Shown here: positions 25,721-37,563 of the stretch, piece by piece
Layout of the letters: the number at the start of each line of letters is the position of its first letter
Numbering within the stretch: position 1 is the stretch's first letter
Assembly (NCBI GenBank): GCA_004431415.1
Contig: QPMI01000437.1
Coordinates: 186,001 to 250,000, forward strand
DNA length: 64,000 bases
Reading direction: 5' to 3'
From: Cyanophora paradoxa CCMP329
Taxonomy: Eukaryota; Plantae; Glaucophyta
The notes under the pieces: model-generated
Seen by the model: the letters and a program-made list of their open reading frames with translations, nothing else
What the model was told of the DNA's origin: nothing
The model's database searches: none
Position numbers and translations under genes: made by a program

Positions 25721-26783
25721 AGCTGTCTCCTCTAGATTTCCGCTTCCTCGTAGCTGCAGTGCGCCGCGTACGCCGCACGGTACCCGTGCCGCCTGGACTA
25801 CTTTTCACTGCATCAAGCTTGCACCGCAGCACCGCCTACCGAGCACGCGCCGCTGCCCGCAGCCGAGCACGCTGCGCGGCACTCGTGCTTGAGCTTAAAG
25901 CTTGCACCGCAAAACCGCTTGCGCCGCTGCCTAGCTGCACCGCTGATCGCAGCCGAGCACGCCCGGCCGCGGGCCGTCCAGACCGTGCTCTCTTGCTGCG
26001 TTCAGTACGTCTCCGAAATCGAGTTTATACCGCAGATCCGCGTGCGCCGTCGCTTCGTCGTTCGCTTTGTCGGGTGCGCGCAGTTTGATTGAAGTGGACC
26101 GCCCACAGCTGACGTCTGTTCATGATGCAGGCCTGCGATCGAGGACCTCCACGACTCGGCGAGGGGGTCGTCGAGCGCCTGCGCGACGCCGGCCTCGCGG
26201 ACATCGAAATTCAAGACCTTGTCTACCAGATACGCGGCGGGAGCGAGCAGCGCGCCAGCCGCGCCGCTCTGCGGGCGCTCGAGGCGGCCGGCCGCCTCAC
26301 CATGCTCTTGCAAGACGGCGTTCTTCAGGACCGGCGCCGCTGGCTGCCGCTCACCCCCAAAGTCGACTTCCGCCCCGATCCCCTCCAGAACTTCGGAAGG
26401 CCTGGATCGACTACGTCTACGGCGAGCCCTCTGCAGACAGCACCATCATCTTTTAGCCAGCTGTTCAGGGTTAGCGGTAGGCCGTGCGAAGAGAGTTGAT
26501 GCGGAGCGTTTTTTGGCTCCAGAACAATCTTTCATATAGTGTGCGCTGAGTCTGTCCTTTCATTTACTATTTTTTTATTCGATTTCATCGCAGCGTGTTC
26601 TCATCGGGCCTTTTCTATTTTTCCAATCAATCTGTGTTAATCTTTAACCTTCGACCTGCCGCGCGCACTGGGCCGGGGTCGTTCTGCCGCGCGCATGTGC
26701 GCGCCACTAGGACTCTTTCATTAGATCCCGGTTCCCCCCTTGCCCCCCCGGCGCGAAAATCGCGGCCGGGCACCTAGTAATAT
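25313..26783 (+). mobile_element. Non-autonomous Helitron2/Helentron-like element, long copy with cargo
   Basis: 5' T|TGCAAGGGGGG, 3' subterminal CCCCCCTTGC, then GC hairpin CCCGGCGCGAAAATCGCGGCCGGG and CACCTAGTAATAT. No TSD. A paralogous empty site (GACATTGTCGAAC) is seen near 39629. Confidence 0.7.
26130..26460 (+). pseudogene. Coding-like cargo fragment inside the Helitron-like element
   Basis: Reads ACDRGPPRLGEGVVERLRDAGLADIEIQDLVYQIRGG...RRWLPL and ELRKAWIDYVYGEP. Absent from the 38174 copy. Confidence 0.4.
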
Positions 26784-26920
26784 TAATATTGTCGAACTGG
26801 GTTTTGATCATGATCGATATCATGGCCGGGTTCAACGGTTAACGTCCCAATTCATGGCTGAACGCTGTAAACTTGCACTTGCACCGTCGGCGCAGAGGCT
26901 GAAGCACTGCTCGGCGATCG

Positions 26921-28264
26921 CGAGGGGCCCATTGGTCGTCTCAGCGGAATGAAAACGACTTTCGGCGCTTTTTGGAGGTGGTTAATAATTATCTATGAAT
27001 CATTTGAATGTAATTTGCAATTGCAGTAATAAGGCTCTGTCTAAATTGTTTATTTTGAAAATCTTTCAAATAACGCATCAAATACTTTTAAATCCCACAT
27101 CGTGGCACGCTACGACCTTGTTGTCTCATACAAATTTGCTGGCCGTCCATGTGGCGCTCCGTTAATTTGGAAACTATTTCCTAGCGAATGAGGTGCGGTC
27201 TCTTGAAATTAATAATTTTCAAATTTCGACTTGGAAGGCCAATGTGATTTGCGCTTTGTATGTTTTTCCGGGAAAATGCTTTTCTGTGCTTTTCGACGTG
27301 CTGTTACTGCCCATTAGAGGCCTCTCATAGGAAAACGGGCCGGACCATCGTGCTCCCCAGGGTCTAAAATGGGGTAGTAGGTGTCTTCAAACAAGCGAGT
27401 CCCTGCGGAGCAGGAGTGGCCTTGGGTCTTGGGGCTTCAAGGCGTGAGGGTGGCCTCTCTTTGTTTTTAAACGGGGGCCCGCATGCGCATGCGCAACCGC
27501 GCGCGGTTACGGGGGAGGGGCCGGGGGAGGAGAAACAGGGGGGTCCACTTGGCAAGGGTACACACTCAAGTGTGAGGGTACAGAATTGTGCCGCAAGGGT
27601 ACAGAAGTCGATGCGGTGTCCAATCGGCCGCAGTTGTACCGAGTACAGGCCTAGGCCCCGAGGGGCCCATTGGTCGTGTCAGCTGAATAAAAACGACCGT
27701 CGGACTTTTCGGCGCTTTTTGGAGGTGGTTGATAAAACTCTATGAATCATTTGAATGTAATTCGCAGTAATAAGGCTCTGTCTAAATTGTTTATTTCAAT
27801 TATCTTTCAAGCAACGCATCAAATACTTTTAAATCCCACATCGTGGCACACTGCGACCCTGTCTCATACAAATTTGCTGGCCGGCAACGTGGCGCTCCGT
27901 TAATTTGGAAATTATTTTCTAGCGAATGGGGTGCGGTCTCTTGAAATTAATAATTTTCAAATTTCGACTTGGAAGGCCAATGGGATTTGCGCTTTCTATT
28001 TTTTTCCGGGAAAATGCTTTTCTGTACTTTTCGAGGTGCTGTTACTGCCCATTAGAGACCTCTCATAGAAAAATGGGCCCGGCCATCGTGTTCCCCAGGG
28101 TCGAAAATGGGGTAGTAGGTCTGTTCATTTATGCGAATTTCGCTTTTTGAAACAAGCGAGTCCCTGCGGAGCAGGAGTGGCCTTGGGGCTTGGGGTTAAC
28201 GTTTCGAGGCGTGAGGGTGGCCGCTCTTTGTTTTAAAACGGAGCCCGCAACCGCGCGCGGTTAC
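26921..28264 (+). repeat. AT-rich direct repeat, two ~600-bp copies (26921-27510, 27659-28264)
   Basis: Both start CGAGGGGCCCATTGGTCG and end GCAACCGCGCGCGGTTAC. A partial third copy lies near 28808-28850. Confidence 0.9.
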
Positions 28265-28904
28265 TGTTGACTCAGCCTGGCAGAGTTGAGAGGACTACGC
28301 CGCCTAGTAGCTTCTAGCTTGGTCTAGCTAGCGCCATGCGCCAGCGATACGTATACGCGTACGCCGATAGCTGTAGGCTTCTTCGTCACGGTATAGCAAC
28401 GCCTGGCGCGGCCGCCCGGGCCGGCGCCGGCGTCGATTATCGATCGTCGATTATCGATATCGATATCGATCGCGAGTCGCGACGTCGACGCCGGCGCTAG
28501 CGCCAGCGCCAGCGCTCGATCGTTGATCGCGTCGTCATCGCGATCGACTGCGAAGCGAAGTCGATGCCGTGACGCGCGCGCGGCGATTCCGCCGGCGAAG
28601 CGCCTAGTGACTCCAGCTTTTTGCGGCTTTTTGCAATTTCCATCGGCGAAGGGGAAGCAAGCTTGAACCAATAACATTCGCGCTTGTGCGTGAATGGGTG
28701 AATTGACTTTTTGTGCCAATGGCAATCGAGCTACACGCGAACTTACTACAAATACTGCGTTCGTACGTCCTGTTAGTGCTTGTTAGAGGTGTCACATTTG
28801 AAAAGTAGCCCGGCCATCATGTTCCCTAGGGTCGAAAATGGGTACCTAGGTCCAAAAATTTTGACCTGAATCGCATTTTGAATCCACTGACAAGACAGGC
28901 ACAA

Positions 28905-29155
28905 ACCTAAGGGCCTCTCCTTTCCCCAAGGCCGATCCGTCACATCAAACCAACAGACCTAAGGGCCTCTCCTTTCCCCAAGGCCGATATACGAATTTCG
29001 CTTTCTAAAATTTGTGACAAGATACCAACAGACCGAAGGGCCTCTCCTTTCCCCAAGGCCGTTGGGGTAGTAGGTGTCTTCAAATGTACGAATTTCGCTT
29101 TTTGAAATCCGTCACATCAAACCAACAGACCTAAGGGCCTCTCCTTTCCCCACGA
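28905..29155 (+). repeat. Four copies of a ~28-bp motif with mosaic linkers
   Basis: ACC(T/G)AAGGGCCTCTCCTTTCCCCA at about 28905, 28957, 29032 and 29129. Confidence 0.9.
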
Positions 29156-29212
29156 CCCGATCGCGAGTCTCAACTTCAAGGCTTGGCAATCTTTCCCGTG
29201 GTGGCCCCCGAA

Positions 29213-30658
29213 CCTTGCTCCGCAGAGTCTAGAAAGCGCCCTCGCACGCTGCCTGAACCTTGCACCCCGGTACGCGGCACGCGCAGCTAAACGCGTTCGG
29301 CAGACGCTTCTGGAGCGGGCCCGACGCCTCTGGTCACGTCGCTGCGAAATCAACGCGGAGTGGGAACGCGACTGCCGCGTCTCCCAGGCCTCAAAGAAGC
29401 GACCGCGCCCGCCCCGCACGGGCGCCCGCGCCCGAGAGCGGGCCCGCGGCCCCCGGACCTGTACATGTAAGGAAGTCTGCGCCGCCTGCGACGGGCCGAT
29501 TCGCCTTCACAATCTACTCAACGCCGCTCGGAACGCAGACTGCCCACCGGAGTACGCGGGCTGGAAGGCGGCGCTCCGCGCCCAAGAGCTCTACGATTGC
29601 GTCAAGGTACGCCCTTGGGAGTCACATCCTAGCCCGCTCTAAACGGTACCCCGAGTCGCGCGAAAGGGGGGGGGGGGGGGGGGGCTACGTCGGGAGGAGA
29701 CTCTCGACACCACCTACCTACTACTTCACCATACCTAGTCCTCGAGAAACTTCCCTGCTCTACTCTTAGCCTCGCACACACTAGATATAGCCGCCCCGTC
29801 CGACTCGCTGGGCCCCGCCCAAGCGAGCGCCTGCCTTGCCTCCCTCTCCCGTTCTGCCCTCCTGCTCGCTCTCTTGGCCCTGCCTCCCACTCACGACCTC
29901 GCCAACGCTCCTCGCGCCTCGACAGGGAGGGAACGATGGACCGGAAGGCTTGGCGGAAGGCTTCGGCTGGTCGTTGCACCCACCAGATACCCCGGTCATC
30001 GTGCCAGGACCGTGGGTTGAAGGACCGCCGCGGAGGGGGGCTCGCAATTGCCCGCGGCGGGGGTGCGGCGGCTGGTTCGAGGCTGGAAGCCCTGCTGACC
30101 GAGAAATCCGACCCTCCCCCTCCCCGCCACGGCCGGCGCCGACCTTCTCCGTCCCGCCCCACTTCTTCCCCGCAACGTCCCCCCTCGCCTCATTCCCCTC
30201 GGCCCCTCTACGCCGACGTGCTTCCACCCGCGCTTCGGGCGAGCGGCCCCCTCAACGCAGAGCCCGCCGCGCTAGCTGTAGTCGCGGCCGCGTCGAGAGT
30301 AGGCAGATTAGACCGCGGGTCCGTCCTGGCTTTCCTACCGTACAGTAGAACAGCCCGCGAGCTCCGGACGTCCCGACGGTCCCTAGGCAGGCAGCACTAG
30401 CAGGCAGCACTCGTAGACCCCTGGGTAGTCCTCTCTGTAGCCTAGTCCTAAGCTAGGCTAGATGTATAGGTAGTAGCTCTCTGCTCTGGGTTAGCTTTGC
30501 TTTAGTTTACGTCTCCTTGACTAGCTCCACCCTGTCCGATGGCTGATAGGTTCCCTACCCGGCGTAACCAGTAGGCTCATCTTTCGACTTGACACTTTAC
30601 GGACACTTCAGTTCTATCATTAGCCGTATTGTCTCGGTGTGTGCGAATTCATTGACTT
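29213..30658 (+). mobile_element. 5'-truncated non-LTR retrotransposon (LINE-like), copy A
   Basis: 17-bp TSD CCGTGGTGGCCCCCGAA (29196-29212 / 30659-30675). An ATG-less open frame at 29214-29642 contains LLERARRLWSRRCEINAEWER and CTCKEVCAAC. A ~1-kb 3' UTR ends GTGTGTGCGAATTCATT. Confidence 0.8.
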
Positions 30659-31859
30659 CCGTGGTGGCCCCCGAATCCCCCTTCCCTTTCCCTTCCCCGT
30701 AGTTAAATCCCCTTCCCCGGGCCCAACTGACGCGCACGGCAAGTCAGTGGCCCTTCATAAAAATTCATTTCTGCGTGTCAATTTCTTTCGCTATGTCCGA
30801 CGGTCATCAGTAAGTGGGGGGGGGGGGGGGGGGGGGGGGGGGTGGTGCGCATGCGGTGGGGCTCGCCACCTGCTTGTACTCCTACTACGATCGCGACACG
30901 TGCCGGTGATGCATGCGTGGCGCAATTGGCACGGTACCGGTCAGGCTCGAAGAAGGAACGTGCAGATCTCGAGCGCTCGACCCAAAGGAGCCGCTGAGCG
31001 GGCCTTTGGGCGCCCGACTCGGCGAAGGTGCTCGTGCCCGATCGCGACTCTCAAGGTGCACGTGCCAAGGTGAGTCCGACAGTCCTACAGCCACAGATCT
31101 AGAGCTCAATGTGGAAGACGTCGACACGGCAACCTCAAAATTACTCTTAAACTCGAGCTCGCGATCGCGATCGGCCGCGCGCGGGTCCCATGCATATGGC
31201 CATCTCCACGACATGCATAAGTACTATAGCCATCTCTACGACATGCATCAGTACTATAGCTAGTGACCGTGCACGTTAGCGTAGCATGAGCTTGAGGATT
31301 AAAAATATTGCGTTCAACGGTTCCTTCCGAAGTTCGTTTCGATTCTTTTCGGAGCATGAATTCGAAGATACGCGTACGTGTATACAAGACGGACGGCACC
31401 GAAGGTCTGAGCCTTCGGGATCGTCCTCTACAGAGGGGAAATCATAATCGGGACCCATGTGCATTTCGATTCTGCGGCGAGTCGCACTGCGGCAATTAGC
31501 TATAGAACAACTACTTGCAATTGACGCTACTACTTGCAGTTGACATTGCGCACCGTGCACGTGTATACGTGAATAAAAGCGGCTCACGCATCCTCGACGT
31601 AGAGAGTGACCTGGCCGGCCTCGGCAGCGATGTCGGCGAGCTCCGCGTCAGTGTCGGCGTCGATGTCATCGTCGGCGAACAAGAACCCGTTCATCTCCTC
31701 CTCTGACATGGCCTGCTCGCGATCGCATCGGAATTCGAAATCAGGTGCGCATGCGAGTCATTCACATGGATGCGATATATCTTGATTGCGACCGGCTAGC
31801 TGTAGCCACAGCAAGCCGCTGAGATTCTAGATCTGCACCTGGGTCTCCGAGTCCAGCAG
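30659..31859. repeat. Left arm of ~1.2-kb inverted repeat
   Basis: Reverse complement of 36974-38160. The arm continues at 29182-29212 beyond the LINE insertion. Confidence 0.95.
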
Positions 31860-32620
31860 CTGAATTTGTTCAATCTTGAACTTGACGTACCTGAGACAAT
31901 TCAATGATTTGAACGATGAACAAGTTGCTCAAGATTTACAAATGTAAACGAAGACGTACGAATCGTTGTCCTGAAAATTCATGCATTTGTATCAGGGAGA
32001 TCGTCAATCGCGAGCTGTGAAGGCCCCGGGGCCCTCAGGGTGCGCACCGAGCCTGTCAGGTTTTCGCACTTTTGCGACAACAACCCTGCACGTGTGTTTT
32101 CAAGAGCCTTGGTTATCCCGTCCTCGCAAGCCGTCCAGATATCCTCCACCGTCTGGTTGCCCCGACCATCAACTATGGTGCGTTTGCCGACGTAGGCAGG
32201 TTTGCAAAGAGCTGCGGAATCGGCGGATCCGGATCAGACGACAGCTTGCACGCATGATGACGGCGGGCGCTAACGCACTGATTTTGTCCTTCGCGCCTGC
32301 ACAGAAGGAGCTCACGTTTTTCTTGAGAGAATCGCTGAGATCGGTCCATCCCTTCTCCTGATCCTGGTAAAACTCCATCGTCCCTTTTTGCTGCGCGCGC
32401 TGACTGAACAAGAGTCCCACGCGCCGACTGAACAAGAAAAGTTGGGATAACTCACGTCGGCATCCGTGTAGAATCTGGCGGAGGTCATTCGTGAAAACTC
32501 TGGGGCATTGGCACCCGTATTCAGACACTGAGATGCTGCTCACATGCAGTGCGCGGCACTGCGCGCGGCAGCGCTAGCCGCGGCCGCGCTGGCGCTGATC
32601 ATGAACGGCTTTTCTGCGCG
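31276..32620 (-). CDS. Cys-rich beta/gamma-crystallin-like protein with acidic tail, gene L (5' end unresolved)
   Basis: Spliced CRALH-FSRMTSARFYTDAD-QKGTMEFYQDQEKGWTDLSDSLKKNVSSFCA-LCKP...TACEDG...KCENLTGS-DND(11-nt exon)-SYVKFKIEQIQLLDSETQ-AMSEEEMNGFLFADDDIDAD... Intron phases match gene R. Confidence 0.6.
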
Positions 32621-32789
32621 CACCTTCAAGAATGACAAGCTGCTCAGCTGCAGTCCGGCCACGATATATATCGATCGACTTCCAACGATCCGATGATCCG
32701 GCCCGTTACTAACTTACTCGGTGACTAGGACTCTCCGAGGCTCAGCGCTAGCACTGCGACAGTGCGACTCGGCGAGTCTGCGACTACTA

Positions 32790-33042
32790 CCGTAATGTAT
32801 TTTATACATGCGCGCATGCGCACTTTATTAATGCGGCACCAAATTAATGCGTTTTCCGCTGGCAAAACGCATTAATTTGGTACCGCATTAATATCGAAAC
32901 GCTAAGAAAACTGCGCTATGTACCCCCTAACGCAATCAAAAGGCTTCAAAACGCATTAATTTGAGACCGCATTATTATCTGTACTAGGGGTCCGGGTCCA
33001 AAAACGCATTAATATCTGGCGCATTAATTAAGTGCATTACGG
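32790..33042. mobile_element. MITE, Tc1/mariner-pogo (Tc2-like) type
   Basis: TA|CCGTAATG...CATTACGG|TA, with internal repeated AAACGCATTAAT motifs in both orientations. Confidence 0.85.
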
Positions 33043-33342
33043 TAGGCTACTAGTAGCCTACTACGGACTACCGGTCGACCTCACGGGCCCACAGAGTCCT
33101 AGTAGTCTCCTACAGAGTCCTACTGCATGCTAGCTGCCGCGGCAGTGCCGGCGTGTCACAGACTCACAGTGTGCGGCCCCCGGCCCTATACCGCCGGCTA
33201 CCGGTACTACGGTAGCCGCTCTGCAGCGTGCAGGCCGCACTGTCACAGTGTGCACTGTGCACAGTGTGCAGTACTACTACAACGCTAGTACTACGGTACT
33301 GTACCGTGTGGCACTATAATACCGCGCCCACTTAATTACCTA

Positions 33343-33622
33343 TCGTAGAACACAACATTAATTTATAAGGTCTGTACTTTATTATGTCGTCCCGAAATTA
33401 TGTCGCCTCGGACGGGACAAAACGACATAATTTGGGGACGTCATAATACGGGCTCGCTAAGCCGCCCCATACAGACTGATGATACAGTACCCCCAATTTT
33501 ACCGCCCCATACAAGCCTGAAAATTTCATGCCGACATAATTTGGGGATGTCATATTTCGCATAGAGAAGGCTCGGGTTTTCAAACGACATAAATTTGCAT
33601 GACATAATATTGTGTTCTACGG
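33343..33622. mobile_element. MITE, TA-target
   Basis: TA|TCGTAGAACACAACATTA...TAATATTGTGTTCTACGG|TA, with internal GACATAA repeats. Related to 35212-35510. Confidence 0.85.
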
Positions 33623-33991
33623 TAATACTAGTAACTAGTATACGTACTACGGTACGTTACCGTACGTACTGGTACCTAGCTACTACCCCCGGTAGGTTAG
33701 CGGCCGGGCGTAGCACTAGTAAACTATGATAGTAGCTGCGCTACCGCCGCAGCCTACCGGTAGCGCTGAGTCGCGCTGACTCAGTGAGCTGCTGATCATG
33801 AGGGGCCGTGGCCCGTGAGGGCTGATTTTCGTCGACGACTGGCGGGGCCCAATCGGCCGGATTAAAAACAATTCTGGGTCGACCTCAGGGGTGGAGCCTG
33901 AGTCTGCCTGGCTGAACCCAGCACTATCCGGCGTATCCGCCAGTGGACCCGGTGACCGCCACTGGACCGCCAGCCGGCGCCAGGTATCCTT

Positions 33992-34182
33992 GAGTCGCCG
34001 TCGACTCGGCGTCGAGTCTGCGACTCGGCGCCGAGCCGCCGACTCGGCGGCGCGCCGGCCGGCGTCGAGTCGCCGTCGACTCGCCGTCGAGTCGCCGTCG
34101 ACTCGCCGACGAGTCGCCCGGCCGACGACTCGCCGTCAGACTCGCCGAGTCGCCGACTCGCCGTCGAGTCGCCGACGATGAC
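33992..34182. repeat. CpG-rich palindromic array of GAGTCGCCGTCGACTC-like units
   Basis: Repeated GTCGACTCG/CGAGTCGCC words in both orientations. Confidence 0.85.
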
Positions 34183-34870
34183 TCTCGATCGATCGATTGC
34201 AAAAAAGCAGGAAGTACCTATAAAAAAACAGGAAGTACCTGTCCAAAAAATACATCGATATCGTGGCAATGATGGCAGAGCTATATAAGTCGCGACTCGC
34301 GAGTCGCCAACTAAATATTTCTACCAGGCTAGTTCAACGGTTCTACATGTACACTCAGTGACCGGACTGGGACAGTTTTACTAGTATACGGACCTTTATT
34401 AAACGGTACCGTAGTACGAGCCTACGAGTCTACGACTCTTAGGCCGCCCCCCGCGGCCGGGCTCGTAGCCTCGTACCGTATATATACTGAGCATGGAAAC
34501 TGTGACATCGATGAGCATCATGGCATGCGCACATCGAGGGCAGCTTACTAAGAGCCTAGTAAGAGGTGATGGTAGGCTACTAGTACTACTTAACGCGAAG
34601 TAGTACTGGTGTTCGAAAAGTCACACTGAGTGCGCCATATGCATGCATATGCTGCAGGCTGCAGCCTGCAGGCTGCAGCTGCAGCCTGCAGGCCCTGAGG
34701 CTGCAGCCTGCAGGCTGGCACTGCGCGGCAGAGGCTGCCGCAGTGCAGCTGGCCGCGCCGCGGCCGCCGCGCGGCCGGCGCCGGCGGCGCGGCGCCGGCG
34801 CCGGCGCCGGGCTGGCCAGGCCTGGCCGATCGCGACGACGGCGACAAGTGTTGGCCACTGGCCAGTACTA

Positions 34871-35100
34871 CCGTGTAATACTTATTTACTGCGCCACAAA
34901 TTACTGCATTCCAAAAGTTCTGCGCCGGTAGGCGCTTTACTGCGCTACCAAATTACTGCGTTCCATCGGCCTCGAAAATCTATTATTTGTTAGCAAAGGG
35001 GGTAATACTGCGCTACCAAATTACTGCGTTCTAAAAACTTTGAGCGCAGTAATATGGTAGCGCAGTAGTTATGTCAGCGCGGTAATTATGTATTACACGG
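34871..35100. mobile_element. MITE, TA-target
   Basis: TA|CCGTGTAATAC...GTATTACACGG|TA, with internal TACTGCGCTACCAAATTACTGCG repeats. Confidence 0.9.
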
Positions 35101-35211
35101 TAGTGGCCACTGGCCACTGGCCAGTGGCCACTCAGTGAGTAGTACTATGTGACTAGTACTTAGTAGTACTACGGTACTGGGCCACTAGTACCGCTGGCAT
35201 GGGCAGTACTT

Positions 35212-35510
35212 CCGTATAACACAATAATATGACCGGCGCTTTACTATGTCGGTACCAAATTATCATATATAGTATGTCGGTTCGGACATGATCTAACGAC
35301 ATAACCGCCCATATGCATACAATTAACCGCCCCATACAAGCCTGAAAATTTCATGACGACATAATTTGGGACCGTCATATTTCACCAAGAGAAGGGTCAA
35401 GTTTTATAACTGGAGTAGACTAGAGGCTGTGGCCGGTAATTCACCCAAAAAAAAAGTTTTATAACGACATAAATCTGTCCGACGGTCAGCCATATTTTTG
35501 TGTTACACGG
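35212..35510. mobile_element. MITE, TA-target
   Basis: CCGTATAACACAA...TTGTGTTACACGG|TA. Shares CCATACAAGCCTGAAAATTTCATG with 33343-33622. Confidence 0.8.
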
Positions 35511-35512
35511 TA

Positions 35513-35746
35513 CTGTAACACAAGTATATGTTTTAAATTGCCGTATATATTGCCGAGAGGCCGAATTCGGCAATTTTAAGCCACGGCAATTTTTAGGGGG
35601 TAGAGCTAAACGGCCGCTTTTGTATGGCGTCATAGAAGAAATCCAGAGTTGCGGCAATTTATCGCCACGGCAATTCCGGTTTTGGTCGAATTCGGCAATT
35701 TAACTACGCGGCAATTCAAGCATTCCTACAGTATTCTGTCTTACGG
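35513..35746. mobile_element. Probable MITE abutting the previous one
   Basis: TA|CTGTAACACAA...TCTGTCTTACGG|TA with imperfect TIRs and internal CGGCAATT repeats. Confidence 0.55.
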
Positions 35747-36185
35747 TATATGTACGAGTCAGTGTGACTACCGTACCGTAGTACTACCGTACTGTCTTAC
35801 TGGTACTAGTAGTACTAGTCCGATTCACCGTGGCACGATTCACGACTCACCGTGCCACGGTGGCACGCCGCACGAGCCACGACTCATCGAAATCATGCAT
35901 GGGATGATCACGAGACTCACGAGTCACGACTCGGCGGGTCCAATATCATAGCCTAGTAGTATCGTAGTGGCTAGTGACCAGTCTGCGGCACCGGTAGCTG
36001 CAGCCTTCACAGCAGGCGGGTCAGCTGCAGCCGCTGAGCTTTCAACGGCAGGTGCGCACATGTATATGCGTGCGCTGACATCGGAAGCTTAAGAAACCTG
36101 CGCCGAGCCTTAAAGTCGCTGATCATGACATCGATGCGCAACTTGTGCTGACGGGTGCCTGCATTTCTGCGCGCACAGCTGCAGG

Positions 36186-37563
36186 TCCAGGATGGCTCAA
36201 TATGCGCTCCAAAACCCGGAAAACTATGTGCGGGACGTCCTATACACCTACCAGGGGGGAGCTGTCATGAAGCCCAAATACGACGCCAAATGTGTTAATG
36301 ACGTAACGAACAACAACGCGCTATCTGTAGTCCAATTTTTCGAGAAGGCCGACGTGAGTCGAGTTTTCGTTTGTCGCCGTTAACGTTGCAGCCCGCTTGA
36401 CAGGGCGCAGTGCCAGGGAAAGTATTTCGACGTAACCACTGGGTCAAGTCCACATGGCAAGTGGTGGACGCTCCCCAACATAATGAAGACCTCTCTCTCA
36501 AGCATGTGCTTCGAATATAGTACCACGGAATCAATAGGTGCGTTCTCCCGAACTTGTTTCAGAGACGTCTGGTTCGCGTATGCTAATGCTAGCGCTGTTG
36601 CGCAGAGCTCTGCAAGCCAAAGACACTGCCAAACGGGACGAAAACATCATGCGAGAATGGCTACATTCTGAAACTCACCAATGCCCCACACCAGCCAAAC
36701 AAGTTGATTGATACCTGCTGGGAACTGTCGAAAGGATTCGTGAGCTTCCCAATATATATATATATTCATGATCAATTACAGTTGCCTTGATACACTGCTT
36801 CTTCCCGCTCGTTTTCTCCGCAGTTCAACGACTAGTGCGTGTGTGATTCTCTCAGAATTCGAATCTCTCCCCGCAGTTCAATGACAAGATCTAGATCTGA
36901 ATATACATTAATCTGCATGCATATGCGCAGCGGCTTCGAGAAGTACAAGCTGAACGAAGCAAGTACTGCCTTACTGCTGGACTCGGAGACCCAGGTGCGC
37001 ATGCAGATCTAGAATCTCAGCGGCTTGCTGTGGCTACAGCTAGCCGGTCGCAATCAAGATATATCGCATCCATGTGAATGACTCGCATGCGCACCTGATT
37101 TCGAATTCCGATGCGATCACGAGCAGGCCATGTCAGAGGAGGAGATGAACGGGTTCTTGTTCGCCGACGATGACATCGACGCCGACACTGACGCGGAGCT
37201 CGCCGACATCGCTGCCGAGGCCGGCCAGGTCACTCTCTACGTCGAGGATGCGTGAGCCGCTTTTATTCACGTATACACGTGCACGGTGCGCAATGTCAAC
37301 TGCAAGTAGTAGCGTCAATTGCAAGTAGTTGTTCTATAGCTAATTGCCGCAGTGCGACTCGCCGCAGAATCGAAATGCACATGGGTCCCGATTATGATTT
37401 CCCCTCTGTAGAGGACGATCCCGAAGGCTCAGACCTTCGGTGCCGTCCGTCTTGTATACACGTACGCGTATCTTCGAATTCATGCTCCGAAAAGAATCGA
37501 AACGAACTTCGGAAGGAACCGTTGAACGCAATATTTTTAATCCTCAAGCTCATGCTACGCTGA
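36186..37563 (+). CDS. Cys-rich beta/gamma-crystallin-like protein with acidic tail, gene R (5' end unresolved)
   Basis: Spliced ...KCVNDVTNNNALSVVQFFEKAD-CQGKYFDVTTGSSPHGKWWTLPNIMKTSLSSMCF...-ELCKP...TSCENG...TCWELSKGF-FND(11-nt exon)-YGFEKYKLNEASTALLLDSETQ-AMSEEEM..., open throughout. Confidence 0.65.

Noticed and set aside
21596-25735. Repeated 60-250-aa ORFs in the tandem array
   Set aside because: They shift frame between copies through single-base indels and show no recognisable motifs.
28905-29155. CRISPR-like repeat-spacer look
   Set aside because: Linkers are unequal in length, share sequence with each other and with nearby DNA, and no cas genes are present in this eukaryotic context.
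30520-30655. Possible hammerhead ribozyme (Penelope-like) in the retroelement 3' end
   Set aside because: A GCCGAAAGGC hairpin is present in one copy, but no CTGANGA...GAAA core could be found on either strand.
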